Shown here: positions 28,235 to 38,898 of the stretch, one piece after another
Position numbering within the stretch: position 1 is the first letter of the stretch
Layout: every line of letters starts with the position of its first letter
Assembly (NCBI GenBank): GCA_016184305.1
Contig: JACPCX010000185.1
Location: 1-64,000, forward strand
DNA: 64,000 nucleotides
Reading direction: 5' to 3'
Origin: Candidatus Rokuibacteriota bacterium
GTDB lineage: Bacteria > Methylomirabilota > Methylomirabilia > Rokubacteriales > CSP1-6
Translations under genes and position numbers: made by a program
The notes under the pieces: model-generated
What the model was told of the DNA's origin: nothing
Databases searched by the model: none
What the model saw: the letters and a program-made list of their open reading frames with translations, nothing else

Positions 28235-29221
28235 ATGAGACCGACACGGGGACACCTGGCATGGCTGATCACCGCCCTCACCCTGTGGGCGCTGCTGCCT
28301 CCGGCGGCCCACGCCGCCTGGGAGCCCACCAAGCCCATCGAGCTCGTCATCCCCGCCGGCACCGGCGGCGGTGCGGACCAGATGGCCCGGCTCATCGCGG
28401 GGATCGCCGAGAAGCACAAACTCTCTCCGCGGCCCATCATCGTGGTCAACAAGTCCGGGGGCGCCGGCGCCGAGGGGTTCCTGCACGTCAAGGGCAAGAA
28501 GGGTGACGCCCACACGATCATCATCACCCTGTCGAACCTGTTCACGACGCCGCTTCACACCGGTGTGCCGTTCAGCTGGAAGGACCTCACACCCGTGAGC
28601 CGCATGGCGCTCGACCAGTTCATCCTGTGGGTGAACGCCGAGACGCCCTACAAGACCGCCAAGGAGTACCTCGCGGCGGTGAAGGAGAAGGGCGGCACCA
28701 TGAAGATGGGCGGGACCGGCTCGGCCCAGGAGGACCAGATCATCACCATCCTCCTCGAGCAGTCGCAGGGGGTGAAGTTCATCTACGTTCCCTTCAAGGG
28801 CGGCGGCGAGGTCTGCGTGAATCTCGTGGGCAAGCACGTGGACTCGACGCTGAACAACCCCATCGAGTGCGTGAGCCACTGGAAGGCGGAGAGGGTTCGA
28901 CCCCTGGCGGTGTTCGACACCGCGCGCATCCCCGACGCCGACTGGAAGGAGATCCCGACGGTCAAGGACGCTCTCGGCGCCGACATCAACTACCTGATGC
29001 TGCGCGGGATTTTCGGCGCTCCGGACATGCCGAAGGAGGCCGTGGAGTGGTACCAGGGCTTCCTCCGGAAGGTCTATGACTCGGTGGAGTTCAAGGACTA
29101 CCTGTCGAAGGGCGCGCTCAAGCCCTCATGGCTCACCGGCCCCGACTACGTCAAGTGGCTCGAGGGGGCCGAGCAGCTCCACAAGGACCTCATGACCAAG
29201 GGCGGGCTCCTGAAGAAGTAG
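28235..29221 (+). CDS. tctC: Tripartite tricarboxylate transporter substrate-binding protein
   Basis: Signal peptide, PAGTGGGAD, VNKSGGAG, YVPFKGGG. Confidence 0.92.
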   Translation: MRPTRGHLAWLITALTLWALLPPAAHAAWEPTKPIELVIPAGTGGGADQMARLIAGIAEKHKLSPRPIIVVNKSGGAGAEGFLHVKGKKGDAHTIIITLSNLFTTPLHTGVPFSWKDLTPVSRMALDQFILWVNAETPYKTAKEYLAAVKEKGGTMKMGGTGSAQEDQIITILLEQSQGVKFIYVPFKGGGEVCVNLVGKHVDSTLNNPIECVSHWKAERVRPLAVFDTARIPDADWKEIPTVKDALGADINYLMLRGIFGAPDMPKEAVEWYQGFLRKVYDSVEFKDYLSKGALKPSWLTGPDYVKWLEGAEQLHKDLMTKGGLLKK

Positions 29222-29260
29222 GCGGGCCGGGCGCGCGAGCGTCCGGTACCCCACAGCCCG

Positions 29261-29722
29261 ATGCGTATCGCCAACCTGATCACCGCGGCGATCCTCGCCG
29301 CGGCGGGCGCGCTCGTCCTGGTGGACGCCGTGCGCCTGGGGACCGGTTGGGGGACGGACGGGCCTCAGAGCGGCTTCTTTCCGTTCTGGCTCGCCGTCCT
29401 CCTGATCGGGTGTTGCCTGGCCATCGCGGCCCAGGCAGTCAGGCTCACCCTGCCCGTACCCTTCGTGACGCGCAAGGCGCTGGGCCCGGTGCTCGCGGTA
29501 CTGGGCCCGGCGGCCGGTTTCGTCGTGCTCACCCAGGCCATCGGCCTCTACGTGGCCTCGGCGCTCTACATGGGCTTCTACATGCGGTGGATCGGCCGGC
29601 ACTCATGGACAGCCGTCGTGGCGCTCGCCATCGGGTTCCCCGTGATCACGTTCCTCGTCTTCGAGAAGTGGTTCCTCGTGCCCATGCCCAAGGGCCCGCT
29701 CGAGACCTGGCTGGGGTACTGA
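29261..29722 (+). CDS. tctB: Tripartite tricarboxylate transporter small permease
   Basis: 4-5 transmembrane segments, GPQSGFFPF, VPMPKG. Confidence 0.88.
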   Translation: MRIANLITAAILAAAGALVLVDAVRLGTGWGTDGPQSGFFPFWLAVLLIGCCLAIAAQAVRLTLPVPFVTRKALGPVLAVLGPAAGFVVLTQAIGLYVASALYMGFYMRWIGRHSWTAVVALAIGFPVITFLVFEKWFLVPMPKGPLETWLGY

Positions 29723-29725
29723 CGC

Positions 29726-31243
29726 ATGGGCTTCGAGAACCTCCTGCTCGGCTTCCAGGTGGCCCTGCAACCCTACAACCTGATGGTGGCGGTGGTCGGC
29801 ATCGCGCTCGGCACCGTGATCGGTGTGCTCCCCGGTCTCGGCGGGGCCAACGGGGTCGCCATCCTGCTGCCGCTGACCTTCACCATGCCCCCGACGTCCG
29901 CCATCATCCTGCTGACGAGCCTGTACTGGGGCGCGCTGTTCGGCGGCGCCATCACCTCCATTCTCTTCAACATCCCGGGCGAGCCCTGGTCCGTGGCCAC
30001 CACCTTCGACGGCTTCCCCATGGCCCGGCGCGGGGAAGGGGGACAGGCGCTGACCGCGGCCTTCACGTCGTCCTTCGTCGGCGCGCTCTTCTCCGTGGTC
30101 CTCATCACCCTCTTCGCGCCGCTCCTGGCGGAGGTGGCCCTCAAGTTCGGGCCCCCCGAGTTCTTCGCCATCCAGCTCCTGACCTTCTCGGCGTTCATCG
30201 GCCTGGGGGGCGGCAACCCCATCAAGTCCCTCGTCTCCATCCTCCTCGGCTTCATCCTGGCTTCCGTCGGCCTCGACATCGTCACCGGCGCGCTGCGCCT
30301 CACGTTCGGGGTCACGGAGCTCATGAAGGGCTTCGACTTCATCGTGGCCGTCATCGGGCTGTTCGGGATCGGCGAGATCCTGCTCACCATGGAAGAGGGC
30401 CTCTCCTTCAAGGGCGCGAGCGCCCGGATCAACCCGCGCGTGGTGTGGGAGACCTGGAAAACGCTGCCGCGCTACTGGCGCACGTTCGTCCGCGGCTCCA
30501 TGATCGGGTTCTGGATGGGCTTCAAGCCCGGCGGCGCCACCCCGGCCTCGTTCATGAGTTACGCCTTTGCCAAGCGCTTCTCCCGGCACCCCGAGCGCTT
30601 CGGCAAGGGCGAGATCGAGGGCGTGGTGGCGCCGGAGACGGCGGCGCACGCGGCCGGCGTCGCCGCGATCCTGCCCATGATCACGCTCGGCATCCCCGGC
30701 TCGCCCACGGCAGCGGTCATGCTCGGCGGGCTCATCATCTGGGGCCTCCAGCCGGGCCCCATGCTGTTCAAGGAGAGCCCCGACTTCGTCTGGGGTCTCA
30801 TCGCCAGCATGTACACCGGCAACGTCATCGGCATTGTGATGGTGCTGCTGTTCGTGCCGTTCTTCGCGGCGATCCTGCGCATCCCCTTCGCGATCCTGAC
30901 TCCACTCATCGTCGCCGTGTGCGCCGTCGGGGCCTACTCCGTGCACGGCAGCATGATCGACATCTGGTATATGCTGGTGTTCGGCGTGATCGGCTACGTG
31001 TTCAAGAAGCTCGACTACCCGCTGGCTCCGCTGGTGCTCGCCCTCGTGCTGGGAGACCTGGCCGAGAACGCGCTCCGGCAGAGCCTCATCATGTCGCAGG
31101 GATCGCTGCTCATCTTCCTGAACCGGCCCATCTCTGGCGCCATCACGGCGGTGGCGCTGTTCTTCTTCGCGCTGCCGCTGATCACGCCCTACTGGCGCCG
31201 CCTCCGCGGCCGCGCGGTCGCGCCGGCTCCCAGCGGCCACTGA
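29726..31243 (+). CDS. tctA: Tripartite tricarboxylate transporter large permease
   Basis: GVLPGLG, ILFNIPG, TLGIPGS. Confidence 0.93.
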   Translation: MGFENLLLGFQVALQPYNLMVAVVGIALGTVIGVLPGLGGANGVAILLPLTFTMPPTSAIILLTSLYWGALFGGAITSILFNIPGEPWSVATTFDGFPMARRGEGGQALTAAFTSSFVGALFSVVLITLFAPLLAEVALKFGPPEFFAIQLLTFSAFIGLGGGNPIKSLVSILLGFILASVGLDIVTGALRLTFGVTELMKGFDFIVAVIGLFGIGEILLTMEEGLSFKGASARINPRVVWETWKTLPRYWRTFVRGSMIGFWMGFKPGGATPASFMSYAFAKRFSRHPERFGKGEIEGVVAPETAAHAAGVAAILPMITLGIPGSPTAAVMLGGLIIWGLQPGPMLFKESPDFVWGLIASMYTGNVIGIVMVLLFVPFFAAILRIPFAILTPLIVAVCAVGAYSVHGSMIDIWYMLVFGVIGYVFKKLDYPLAPLVLALVLGDLAENALRQSLIMSQGSLLIFLNRPISGAITAVALFFFALPLITPYWRRLRGRAVAPAPSGH

Positions 31244-31265
31244 TGCCGGATCACCCGGGGGACCC

Positions 31266-31961
31266 GTGAGCGTCGATTTCATCGTCGGTGTCCTGAAGAT
31301 CGTCCTGATCGATCTGGCCCTGGCGGGCGACAACGCGCTCGTCATCGCGCTGGCCGTCCGCACCCTGCCGAAGCGGCAGCAGCTCCAGGGGCGGATCTGG
31401 GGGGCGGCGGGGGCCGTGGGCCTGCGCCTGATCTTCATCACGATCATCACGTATCTGCTCCGCATCCCCCTGCTGCAAGTCGTCGGCGGGCTCGCGCTCG
31501 TCTGGATCGCCATCAAGCTCGTGCGCCAGTCGGATGGGAGCGGCGGGGAGGGGCATGTCCGGCACGGCACGACGCTGATCGAGGCCATCTGGATCATCAT
31601 CGTGGCCGACGTGGTGATGAGTCTCGACAACGTCATCGGCGTCGCGGGCGCCGCCGGAGGGAATCTGACGCTGGTGGTCTTCGGAATCGGGCTCTCCATC
31701 CCCATCGTGGTCTGGGGGAGCGGGGTCCTGGCGACCCTCATGAACCGGTATGCGTGGATCATCCTGATCGCGGGGGGGATCCTGGGCGAGGTGGCCGGGA
31801 AGATGATCGTCCACGACGAGTTCGTGGTGCGGCGTGTCGGAGGTGTCCCGGAGCCCGTCGAGTGGGCGCTGCGCCTGGTGCTGGCGGGCGGGATCATGCT
31901 CATCGGGTGGATCGCGGCCCGGCGCCGGGCCGTGGCTCCTGACGCGGGGGCGGCGGGGTGA
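31266..31961 (+). CDS. TerC/YjbE family membrane protein
   Basis: DLALAGDNALVIALA, ADVVMSLDNV. Confidence 0.9.
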   Translation: MSVDFIVGVLKIVLIDLALAGDNALVIALAVRTLPKRQQLQGRIWGAAGAVGLRLIFITIITYLLRIPLLQVVGGLALVWIAIKLVRQSDGSGGEGHVRHGTTLIEAIWIIIVADVVMSLDNVIGVAGAAGGNLTLVVFGIGLSIPIVVWGSGVLATLMNRYAWIILIAGGILGEVAGKMIVHDEFVVRRVGGVPEPVEWALRLVLAGGIMLIGWIAARRRAVAPDAGAAG

Positions 31962-32737
31962 CTGGCGCCGGACGGCCCGCCGACTGGCCCGGCGTCGAGC
32001 CCATCAAGTCCGCGCGGATCTACGAGGAGATCGTCCGCCAGGTCAAGCAGCTCATCGCCGCGGGGAAGCTCAAGTCCGGGGACCGGCTGCCCCCGGAGCG
32101 CGACCTCGCCGAGAAGTTCGTGGTGAGCCGCACCTCGGTGCGGGAGGCCCTCAGGGCGCTCGAGAGCCGGGGCCTCATCGAGATCCGCGCCGGGGACGGC
32201 GCCTTCGTCCGGGACATCTCGGTGGAAACCCTCATCGAGCCCCTGGCTCTCGTGATCCTGCCGCACCGGGAGGCGGTGGGGGAGCTCTTCGAGGCTCGTC
32301 GCCTGCTGGAGCCGGCCATCGCGACGCTGGCCGCGCGCCGCGCCACCCTCGCGGAGATCGCCGAGATGGAGCGAATCCTGGACGCCCAGGGGAAGGAGGT
32401 GGCCGAGGGGCGCACTGGCGTCGCCCAGGACGCGGCCTTCCACGCCGCGCTGGCCGGCAGCGCCCACAACCGCGCCATCAGCCGGATCGTCAACGCCCTC
32501 ATGGATCTGCTGACCCAGAGCCGCGAGGAGTCACTGCAGGCGCCAGGGCGCCCGGCCCGCTCCCATCAGGATCACCTGCGAATCCTGGAGGCGATCCGGC
32601 GCCGGGACGAGATGGCCGCCCATCGGACCGTGCTGGACCACCTCATCGCGGTCGAGGGCCTGGTCATGGAAGCGCAAGGCGCCGTCGCGCGGGCGGGCGA
32701 CGAGCCCAGCCCCGGGAGGAAAACACCCGCGCGCTGA
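31958..32737 (+). CDS. FadR/GntR family transcriptional regulator
   Basis: GDRLPPERDLA..SRTSVREAL plus FCD domain. Confidence 0.92.
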   Translation: MTGAGRPADWPGVEPIKSARIYEEIVRQVKQLIAAGKLKSGDRLPPERDLAEKFVVSRTSVREALRALESRGLIEIRAGDGAFVRDISVETLIEPLALVILPHREAVGELFEARRLLEPAIATLAARRATLAEIAEMERILDAQGKEVAEGRTGVAQDAAFHAALAGSAHNRAISRIVNALMDLLTQSREESLQAPGRPARSHQDHLRILEAIRRRDEMAAHRTVLDHLIAVEGLVMEAQGAVARAGDEPSPGRKTPAR

Positions 32738-32780
32738 CCCCGCCAAGCCCCTGTAAGTGCCTGTAGCGGAAGAATAATCG

Positions 32781-32809
32781 TTGACATCCCCACTCCCCTC
32801 CCTTAGCAT
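32781..32809 (+). promoter_or_regulatory. sigma70 promoter for the ppdK operon
   Basis: TTGACA-N17-TAGCAT. Confidence 0.65.
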
Positions 32810-32895
32810 TGACCTTTGCCATCGGAGTCGGGTTCAGGCCCTTCATGGGCCTGTCTTTTTCTTCCGTCATGGGCAGCGAGCAGAGGGAGCGTTGA

Positions 32896-35637
32896 ATGGC
32901 GCAGGCCAGGGCACGCGGACAATCCCGGGCGAAGGGTCCGAAGCGTAGCGCGCGCACGCCAAAGTACGTGTACGGCTTCGCCAACGGGAAGGCGGAGGGC
33001 TCGAGCGCCCTGCGCGATCTCCTGGGCGGCAAGGGGTGCGAGATTGCCGAGATGACCAACCTCGGTATCCCCGTGCCTCCAGGATTCACGATCACGACAC
33101 AGGCATGGGCGTCCTACCGGTCGGGGGGGAAGAAGCAGCCCCCGGGACTCTGGGCCCAGGTCCTCGACGGGCTCGCGCGACTCGAGGCGGCGGTGGGACT
33201 GAAGCTCGGAGACCCCGAGCGCCCCCTGCTGGTGTCCGTGCGCTCCGGGGCGCGGGCGTCCATGCCCGGGATGATGGACACGGTGCTCAACCTCGGTCTC
33301 AACGACAAGACGGTGGACGGGCTTGCGCGCTGGACGAAGAACGAGCGCTTCGCGTGGGACTGCTACCGCCGGTTCATCACGATCTTCGGCGACGTGGTGC
33401 TCGGCATGGACCGGCGGGCCTTCGACCGGCTGCTGGACGAGGCCAAGAGCCGTACCGGCGCCAGGACGGACGCCGACGTGCCGGCCGAGGCGCTCAAGGG
33501 GCTGGTGGCCGATGCCAAGCGGCTCGTGAAGGACACGACCGGCCAGCCCTTCCCTCAGGATCCCTCGGAGCAGCTGGGGCTCGCCATCAACGCCGTCTTC
33601 GATTCCTGGTTCGCCAAGAAGGCGGTGGACTACCGGCGCATCAACCGGCTGTCCGATGACTGGGGCACGGCGGTGACCGTGATGGCCATGGTCTTCGGCA
33701 ACCTGGGCGACACCTCCGGCACCGGGGTCTGCTTCACCCGCGACCCCTCGACGGGCGAGAGGCGCTTCTTCGGCGAGTTCCTGTTCAATGCGCAGGGGGA
33801 GGATGTCGTGGCGGGCATCCGCAACCCGGAGCCCGTCAGCGCGCTCGAGCGCCGCATGCCCAAGGTCTATGGCCAGCTGATCACGTTCAAGGACCGGCTG
33901 GAGAAGCATTACCGGGACATGCAAGACATCGAGTTCACCATCCAGGAGGGGCGGCTGTTCATCCTGCAGACGCGATCGGGCAAGCGGGCGGCCGCCGCGG
34001 CCGTCCGGATCGCCGTCGAGATGGTCAAGGAGGGGCTGATCAAGAAGCGGACCGACGCCCTTCTGCGGGTGGAGCCCGCCTCCCTTCACCAGCTCCTGCA
34101 CCCCACCGTGGACCCGGGAGCCACGTACACGGCCATTGCCCGGGGCCTGCCGGCGGCGCCCGGGGCGGCGTCCGGCAAGGTCGTGTTCGATCCGGAGCAG
34201 GCGGTGGAGATGGCGCTCCGCGACGAGAAGGTCATCCTCGTCCGGACCGAGACCTCTCCCGAGGACGTGGCGGGCATGCACGCCGCCCAGGGCATTCTCA
34301 CCTCTCGCGGCGGCCTCACCTCTCACGCCGCCGTCGTCGCTCGCGGAATGGGAAAATGCTGCGTCGTCGGCGCGGGCGACGTGGTGGTGGACGAGGAGAA
34401 GCGCCTCTTCCGGGCCGGCCGCACCGTGGTGCGCGAGGGGCAGGTGATCACGCTCAACGGGTCCACCGGCGAGGTGATCGCCGGCACCGTCCCGCTCGTG
34501 GAGCCCACGCTCTCCAGGGAGTTCAAGCAGCTCCTCGGGTGGGCGCGGGAGGTGAGCACCACCCGGGTCCGGGCCAACGCCGACACGCCGCACGACGCGC
34601 GGGCCGCTCGCGAGTTCGAGGCCGAGGGCATCGGCCTCGTCCGCACCGAGCACATGTTCTTCGGCGAGGAGCGCCTTCCCATCGTCCGCGAGATGATCAT
34701 GGCGCGGGACACCGAGGCGCGGACAGCCGCGGTGGAGCGGTTGCTGCCCCTCCAGCGCGAGGACTTCGCCGGGATCTTCACCGCCATGGCGGGTTTCCCG
34801 GTGACGATCCGGCTGCTGGACCCGCCGCTCCACGAGTTCCTCCCGAAGTACAAGGACGTGCTCGAGGAGTACACGAAGCTGGACGCGCTCGGGATCAACC
34901 CCGCGCGCTACGAGGAGCTCGGCGCCATCAAGGCGCGGCTGGAGGCGCTGATGGAGTCCAACCCGATGCTCGGGCACCGCGGCTGCCGGCTCGGGATCAC
35001 GTTCCCCGAGATCTACGAGATGCAGGTGCGCGCCATCATGGAGGCGGCCTGCAGCGTCGCGAAGCGGCGCGTGAAGGTGGAGCCCGAGATCATGATCCCG
35101 CTCACGGGGACCGTGGCCGAGATGAAGGTCGCGGAGGAGATGACCCGGCGGGTGGCGGCCGAAGTGGAAGGCGAGATGGGGGCGCGCATCCCCTACACCG
35201 TGGGCACGATGATCGAGCTGCCGCGCGCGGCCCTCATCGCCGATCAGATGGCGCACTACGCCGAGTTCTTCTCCTTCGGCACCAACGACCTGACCCAGAT
35301 GACGTTCGGCTACAGCCGGGACGACATCGGCAAGTTCCTGCCGTACTACCTCGAGAAGAAGCTGCTGCCCGCCGACCCCTTCGAGGTGCTGGACCAGGAG
35401 GGCGTCGGGGAGCTGATCACGATCGGCATCGAGCGCGGGCGCCGGACGCGTCCGAAGCTGAAGGTGGGGATCTGCGGCGAGCACGGCGGCGAGCCGTCGT
35501 CCGTGGCATTCTGTCACCGCGTGGGCATGACGTACGTGTCCTGTTCCCCCTTCATGGTCCCCATCGCCTGGCTCGCGGCGGCCCAGGCGCAGATCAAGGA
35601 GCCCCGAGCCGTCCGCGGAGGGAAGCGACATGCGTGA
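32896..35637 (+). CDS. ppdK: Pyruvate, phosphate dikinase
   Basis: LLGGKG, SMPGMMDT, GGLTSHAAVVAR, GTNDLTQ, GICGEHGG. Confidence 0.97.
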   Translation: MAQARARGQSRAKGPKRSARTPKYVYGFANGKAEGSSALRDLLGGKGCEIAEMTNLGIPVPPGFTITTQAWASYRSGGKKQPPGLWAQVLDGLARLEAAVGLKLGDPERPLLVSVRSGARASMPGMMDTVLNLGLNDKTVDGLARWTKNERFAWDCYRRFITIFGDVVLGMDRRAFDRLLDEAKSRTGARTDADVPAEALKGLVADAKRLVKDTTGQPFPQDPSEQLGLAINAVFDSWFAKKAVDYRRINRLSDDWGTAVTVMAMVFGNLGDTSGTGVCFTRDPSTGERRFFGEFLFNAQGEDVVAGIRNPEPVSALERRMPKVYGQLITFKDRLEKHYRDMQDIEFTIQEGRLFILQTRSGKRAAAAAVRIAVEMVKEGLIKKRTDALLRVEPASLHQLLHPTVDPGATYTAIARGLPAAPGAASGKVVFDPEQAVEMALRDEKVILVRTETSPEDVAGMHAAQGILTSRGGLTSHAAVVARGMGKCCVVGAGDVVVDEEKRLFRAGRTVVREGQVITLNGSTGEVIAGTVPLVEPTLSREFKQLLGWAREVSTTRVRANADTPHDARAAREFEAEGIGLVRTEHMFFGEERLPIVREMIMARDTEARTAAVERLLPLQREDFAGIFTAMAGFPVTIRLLDPPLHEFLPKYKDVLEEYTKLDALGINPARYEELGAIKARLEALMESNPMLGHRGCRLGITFPEIYEMQVRAIMEAACSVAKRRVKVEPEIMIPLTGTVAEMKVAEEMTRRVAAEVEGEMGARIPYTVGTMIELPRAALIADQMAHYAEFFSFGTNDLTQMTFGYSRDDIGKFLPYYLEKKLLPADPFEVLDQEGVGELITIGIERGRRTRPKLKVGICGEHGGEPSSVAFCHRVGMTYVSCSPFMVPIAWLAAAQAQIKEPRAVRGGKRHA

Positions 35638-36517
35638 GTACGCGGGCGTCTACATCCCGGTGCCGACCCCGTACAGGGGGGACGCCGTGGCGACGGAGCG
35701 GCTCCGGGGCAACCTCGAGCGCTGGAACGCGACGCCGCTCGACGGCTACGTGTTCCTGGGCTCCACGGGCGAGTTCCCCCTGCTCTCGGACGCGGAGCGG
35801 GACGCGGTCCTGGTGGCCGCGCGCGAGGCGACGCCCCGCGACAAGGCGATGATCGCGGGCACGGGGAGTCACTCGACGCTCCTGACCATCCGCCAGACGA
35901 AGCGGGCGGCCGAGATCGGCGCGGATGCAGCCATCGTGATCACCCCGCACTACTTCACCAAGGCCTTCGCCCAGGCGACCGCCCAGATCCGGCACTACCT
36001 GGCCGTGGCCGAGGCCTCCCCGATCCCGATTCTGCTCTACAACTTCCCGGTCAACACGGGGATCAACCTGGAGCCCGACACCGTGGCGCGCATCGCGGAG
36101 CACCCGAACGTATGCGGGATCAAGGACTCTTCCGGGAACATCCCGCAGGCGGCGCAGATCATCCACCTGACGCCCAAGAGCTTCCACGTGCTGGTCGGGG
36201 CGGCCGCGGCGCTCCTGCCGTCACTCGCCATCGGCTCGTCGGGCGGCATCCTGGCGCTGGCGGTGATCGCGCCCCGGGAGTTCTGCGAGGTCTACGCGCT
36301 GGCGCGGCAGGGGCGCTGGGAGGACGCGAAGGAGCTCGCGGCGCGCATGATGCTGGCCGACCGGGGCGTGCCCGGCCGCTACGGCATCGGCGGGCTCAAG
36401 GCGGCGCTGGATCTGCAGGGCTTTTTCGGCGGCCCGTGCCGGGCGCCCCTCGGCACGCCGGACGGCGATGCGATCGACGAGATCAAGGACGTCCTCGCCT
36501 CGGCGGGGCTCCTCTAG
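35630..36517 (+). CDS. Dihydrodipicolinate synthase family aldolase
   Basis: GSTGE, LYNFP, GIKDSS. Confidence 0.88.
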   Translation: MREYAGVYIPVPTPYRGDAVATERLRGNLERWNATPLDGYVFLGSTGEFPLLSDAERDAVLVAAREATPRDKAMIAGTGSHSTLLTIRQTKRAAEIGADAAIVITPHYFTKAFAQATAQIRHYLAVAEASPIPILLYNFPVNTGINLEPDTVARIAEHPNVCGIKDSSGNIPQAAQIIHLTPKSFHVLVGAAAALLPSLAIGSSGGILALAVIAPREFCEVYALARQGRWEDAKELAARMMLADRGVPGRYGIGGLKAALDLQGFFGGPCRAPLGTPDGDAIDEIKDVLASAGLL

Positions 36518-36529
36518 GAGGACACGGTA

Positions 36530-38284
36530 GTGAAGCTTTCAGGTGCGCGGATCGTGCTGGAGTGCTTGAAGCGTGAGGGGGTGGACGTCATCTTCGGGCT
36601 CCCCGGAGGGGCGGTGCTCCCGATCTACGACGTGCTCTACGACTTCAAGGGGCTCCGGCACATCCTGGTCCGCCAGGAGGCCGCCGCCGGGCATGCCGCG
36701 GAGGGGTACTCGAGGACCACGGGCAAGATCGGGGTCTGCCTCGTGACCTCGGGGCCGGCGGCCACCAACCTGGTGACCGCGCTCCAGGACGCGCTCATGG
36801 ACTCGATCCCGCTCGTGGCCTTCACCGGCCAGGTGCCGACCCACCTCATCGGCAACGACGCCTTCCAGGAGGCGGACAACGTGGGCATCACGCGGTCCGC
36901 CACCAAGCACAACTTCCTCGTGAAGGACGGCAACGACCTCGGCGCCATCATCAAGGAGGCGTTCCACATCGCCGGGACCGGGCGCCCGGGGCCCGTGCAC
37001 GTGGACCTGCCCAAGGACGTCCTGGTCAAGGAGTGGACGTTCGAGTACCCCGAGACCGTGCACCTCCGATCCTACAACCCCACCTACGAGGGGCATCCGG
37101 GACAGATCAAGAAGGCCGCGCGGGCCATCGTCCGGGCCAAGCGCCCGGTGCTCTACGTGGGCGGCGGCATCATCTCCTCGGATGCCTCGCCGGAGCTGCG
37201 CGAGCTGGTGGAGCTGACCCAGACCCCCGTGACGCAGACGCTCATGGGGCTGGGCGCCTTTCCGATGGCCGATCCCCTGTCGCTGGACATGCTGGGCATG
37301 CACGGCACCTACTATGCGAACATGGCCGTCCATCACGCCGACGTGCTGGTGGCCGTGGGCGCCCGCTTCGACGACCGCGTCACCGGACGCGTGGACGCCT
37401 TCGCGCCCGATGCCGAGATCATCCACGTCGACATCGACCCTTCCTCGATCTCGAAGAACATCAAGGTCCACATCCCCATCGTGGGGGACTGCAAGCGGGT
37501 GCTGTCCAGGCTCGTGGAGGCGGTGCGGGAGGAGATGCGCACGTACCCGCCGAGCGGTGTCCGCGAGGCCCGCAAGCAGTGGATGAGCCAGATCGCGGAC
37601 TGGAAGCGCGACTTCCCCCTGCGCTACGAGTGGAGCGACGAGGTCGTCAAGCCCCAGCACGTGATCCAGGAGATCTCCACCCTGACGAACGGGGAGGCGC
37701 TCATCGTCACCGGGGTCGGCCAGCACCAGATGTGGGCGGCGCAGTACTACCGCGTCAAGCACCCGCGCGCGTGGTGCACATCGGGGGGTCTCGGCACCAT
37801 GGGGTACGGGCTGCCCACCGCCATGGGCGTGCAGGCCGGGAACCCCGGCAGGCTCGTGATCAACATCGACGGCGACGGCTCGTTCCAGATGAACAGCCAG
37901 GAGCTGGCGACCTGCTTCGAGGAGAAGCTGCCGGTCAAGACGGTCATCATCAACAACGGCGGTCACGGCATGGTGCGGCAGTGGCAGCGGATCATCTACA
38001 AGGAGCGCTACTGCGCCAGCGATCTCGGCGGCAGCCCCGACTTCGTGCGGCTGGCGGAGGCCTACGGATGCACCGGGATCCGGGTGACGACGCCCAGCGA
38101 GGTGGAGCCGGCGCTGGAGAAGATGATCTCGACGCCCGGTCCCGTGGTGCTCGACGTGTGGGTGGACAAGCACGAGTGCGTCTTCCCCATGGTGCCGGCG
38201 GGCGGCGCCAACATCGACATGATCCTGGCGCCGCCGAGCGTGGACGTCCGCGACAAGGCCGCCAAGTCGCAGACGGGGTTCTAG
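36530..38284 (+). CDS. ilvB: Acetolactate synthase large subunit
   Basis: [24 protein letters not shown]. Confidence 0.96.
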   Translation: MKLSGARIVLECLKREGVDVIFGLPGGAVLPIYDVLYDFKGLRHILVRQEAAAGHAAEGYSRTTGKIGVCLVTSGPAATNLVTALQDALMDSIPLVAFTGQVPTHLIGNDAFQEADNVGITRSATKHNFLVKDGNDLGAIIKEAFHIAGTGRPGPVHVDLPKDVLVKEWTFEYPETVHLRSYNPTYEGHPGQIKKAARAIVRAKRPVLYVGGGIISSDASPELRELVELTQTPVTQTLMGLGAFPMADPLSLDMLGMHGTYYANMAVHHADVLVAVGARFDDRVTGRVDAFAPDAEIIHVDIDPSSISKNIKVHIPIVGDCKRVLSRLVEAVREEMRTYPPSGVREARKQWMSQIADWKRDFPLRYEWSDEVVKPQHVIQEISTLTNGEALIVTGVGQHQMWAAQYYRVKHPRAWCTSGGLGTMGYGLPTAMGVQAGNPGRLVINIDGDGSFQMNSQELATCFEEKLPVKTVIINNGGHGMVRQWQRIIYKERYCASDLGGSPDFVRLAEAYGCTGIRVTTPSEVEPALEKMISTPGPVVLDVWVDKHECVFPMVPAGGANIDMILAPPSVDVRDKAAKSQTGF

Positions 38285-38285
38285 C

Positions 38286-38876
38286 GTGAGCACCGACGAC
38301 GCCAGGAAGCACACGATCGCGGTGCTGGTGGAGAACAAGTTCGGCGTCCTGTCGCGCGTGGCCGGGCTGTTCTCGGCCCGGGGCTACAACATCGAGAGCC
38401 TCTCGGTGGGCGAGACGCTGGACCCGACCGTCTCTCGCATGACGCTTGTCGTCCGCGGCGACGCCTTTATCATCGAGCAGGTGATCAAGCAGCTGCACAA
38501 GCTGATCGACGTCATCAAGGTCACGGACCTCAGCGAGGAGGACCATGTCGAGCGGGAGATGCTGCTGATCCGGGTGAACGCCGAGCCGGCCGCCCGCGCG
38601 GAGATCCTGAGAGTGGGCGACATCTTCCGCGCCAAGGTGGTGGACGTGACCGCCACCAGTTACACCCTGGAGGTCACCGGCGAGGAGACGAAGATCGACG
38701 CGATCACCGAGCTCCTGAGGCCGTTCGGCATCCAGGAGCTGGTGCGCACGGGCAAGGTGGCCATCGCCAGGGGGCCGAAGACGCGGCTCCGCAAGGTGGA
38801 AGAGAAGCTGGGCAAGCCGAAGTCGGCCGCCCCTCCGCAGCCCCAGGACCCCCGGGTCGTGGGGTTCGCGGACTAA
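38286..38876 (+). CDS. ilvN: Acetolactate synthase small subunit
   Basis: [25 protein letters not shown]. Confidence 0.96.
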   Translation: MSTDDARKHTIAVLVENKFGVLSRVAGLFSARGYNIESLSVGETLDPTVSRMTLVVRGDAFIIEQVIKQLHKLIDVIKVTDLSEEDHVEREMLLIRVNAEPAARAEILRVGDIFRAKVVDVTATSYTLEVTGEETKIDAITELLRPFGIQELVRTGKVAIARGPKTRLRKVEEKLGKPKSAAPPQPQDPRVVGFAD

Positions 38877-38898
38877 CCCTTCAAGGAGACCCACAGTC

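Noticed and set aside
35630..36517. Calling it dapA
   Set aside because: Family motifs only. Substrate specificity cannot be assigned from what is visible.
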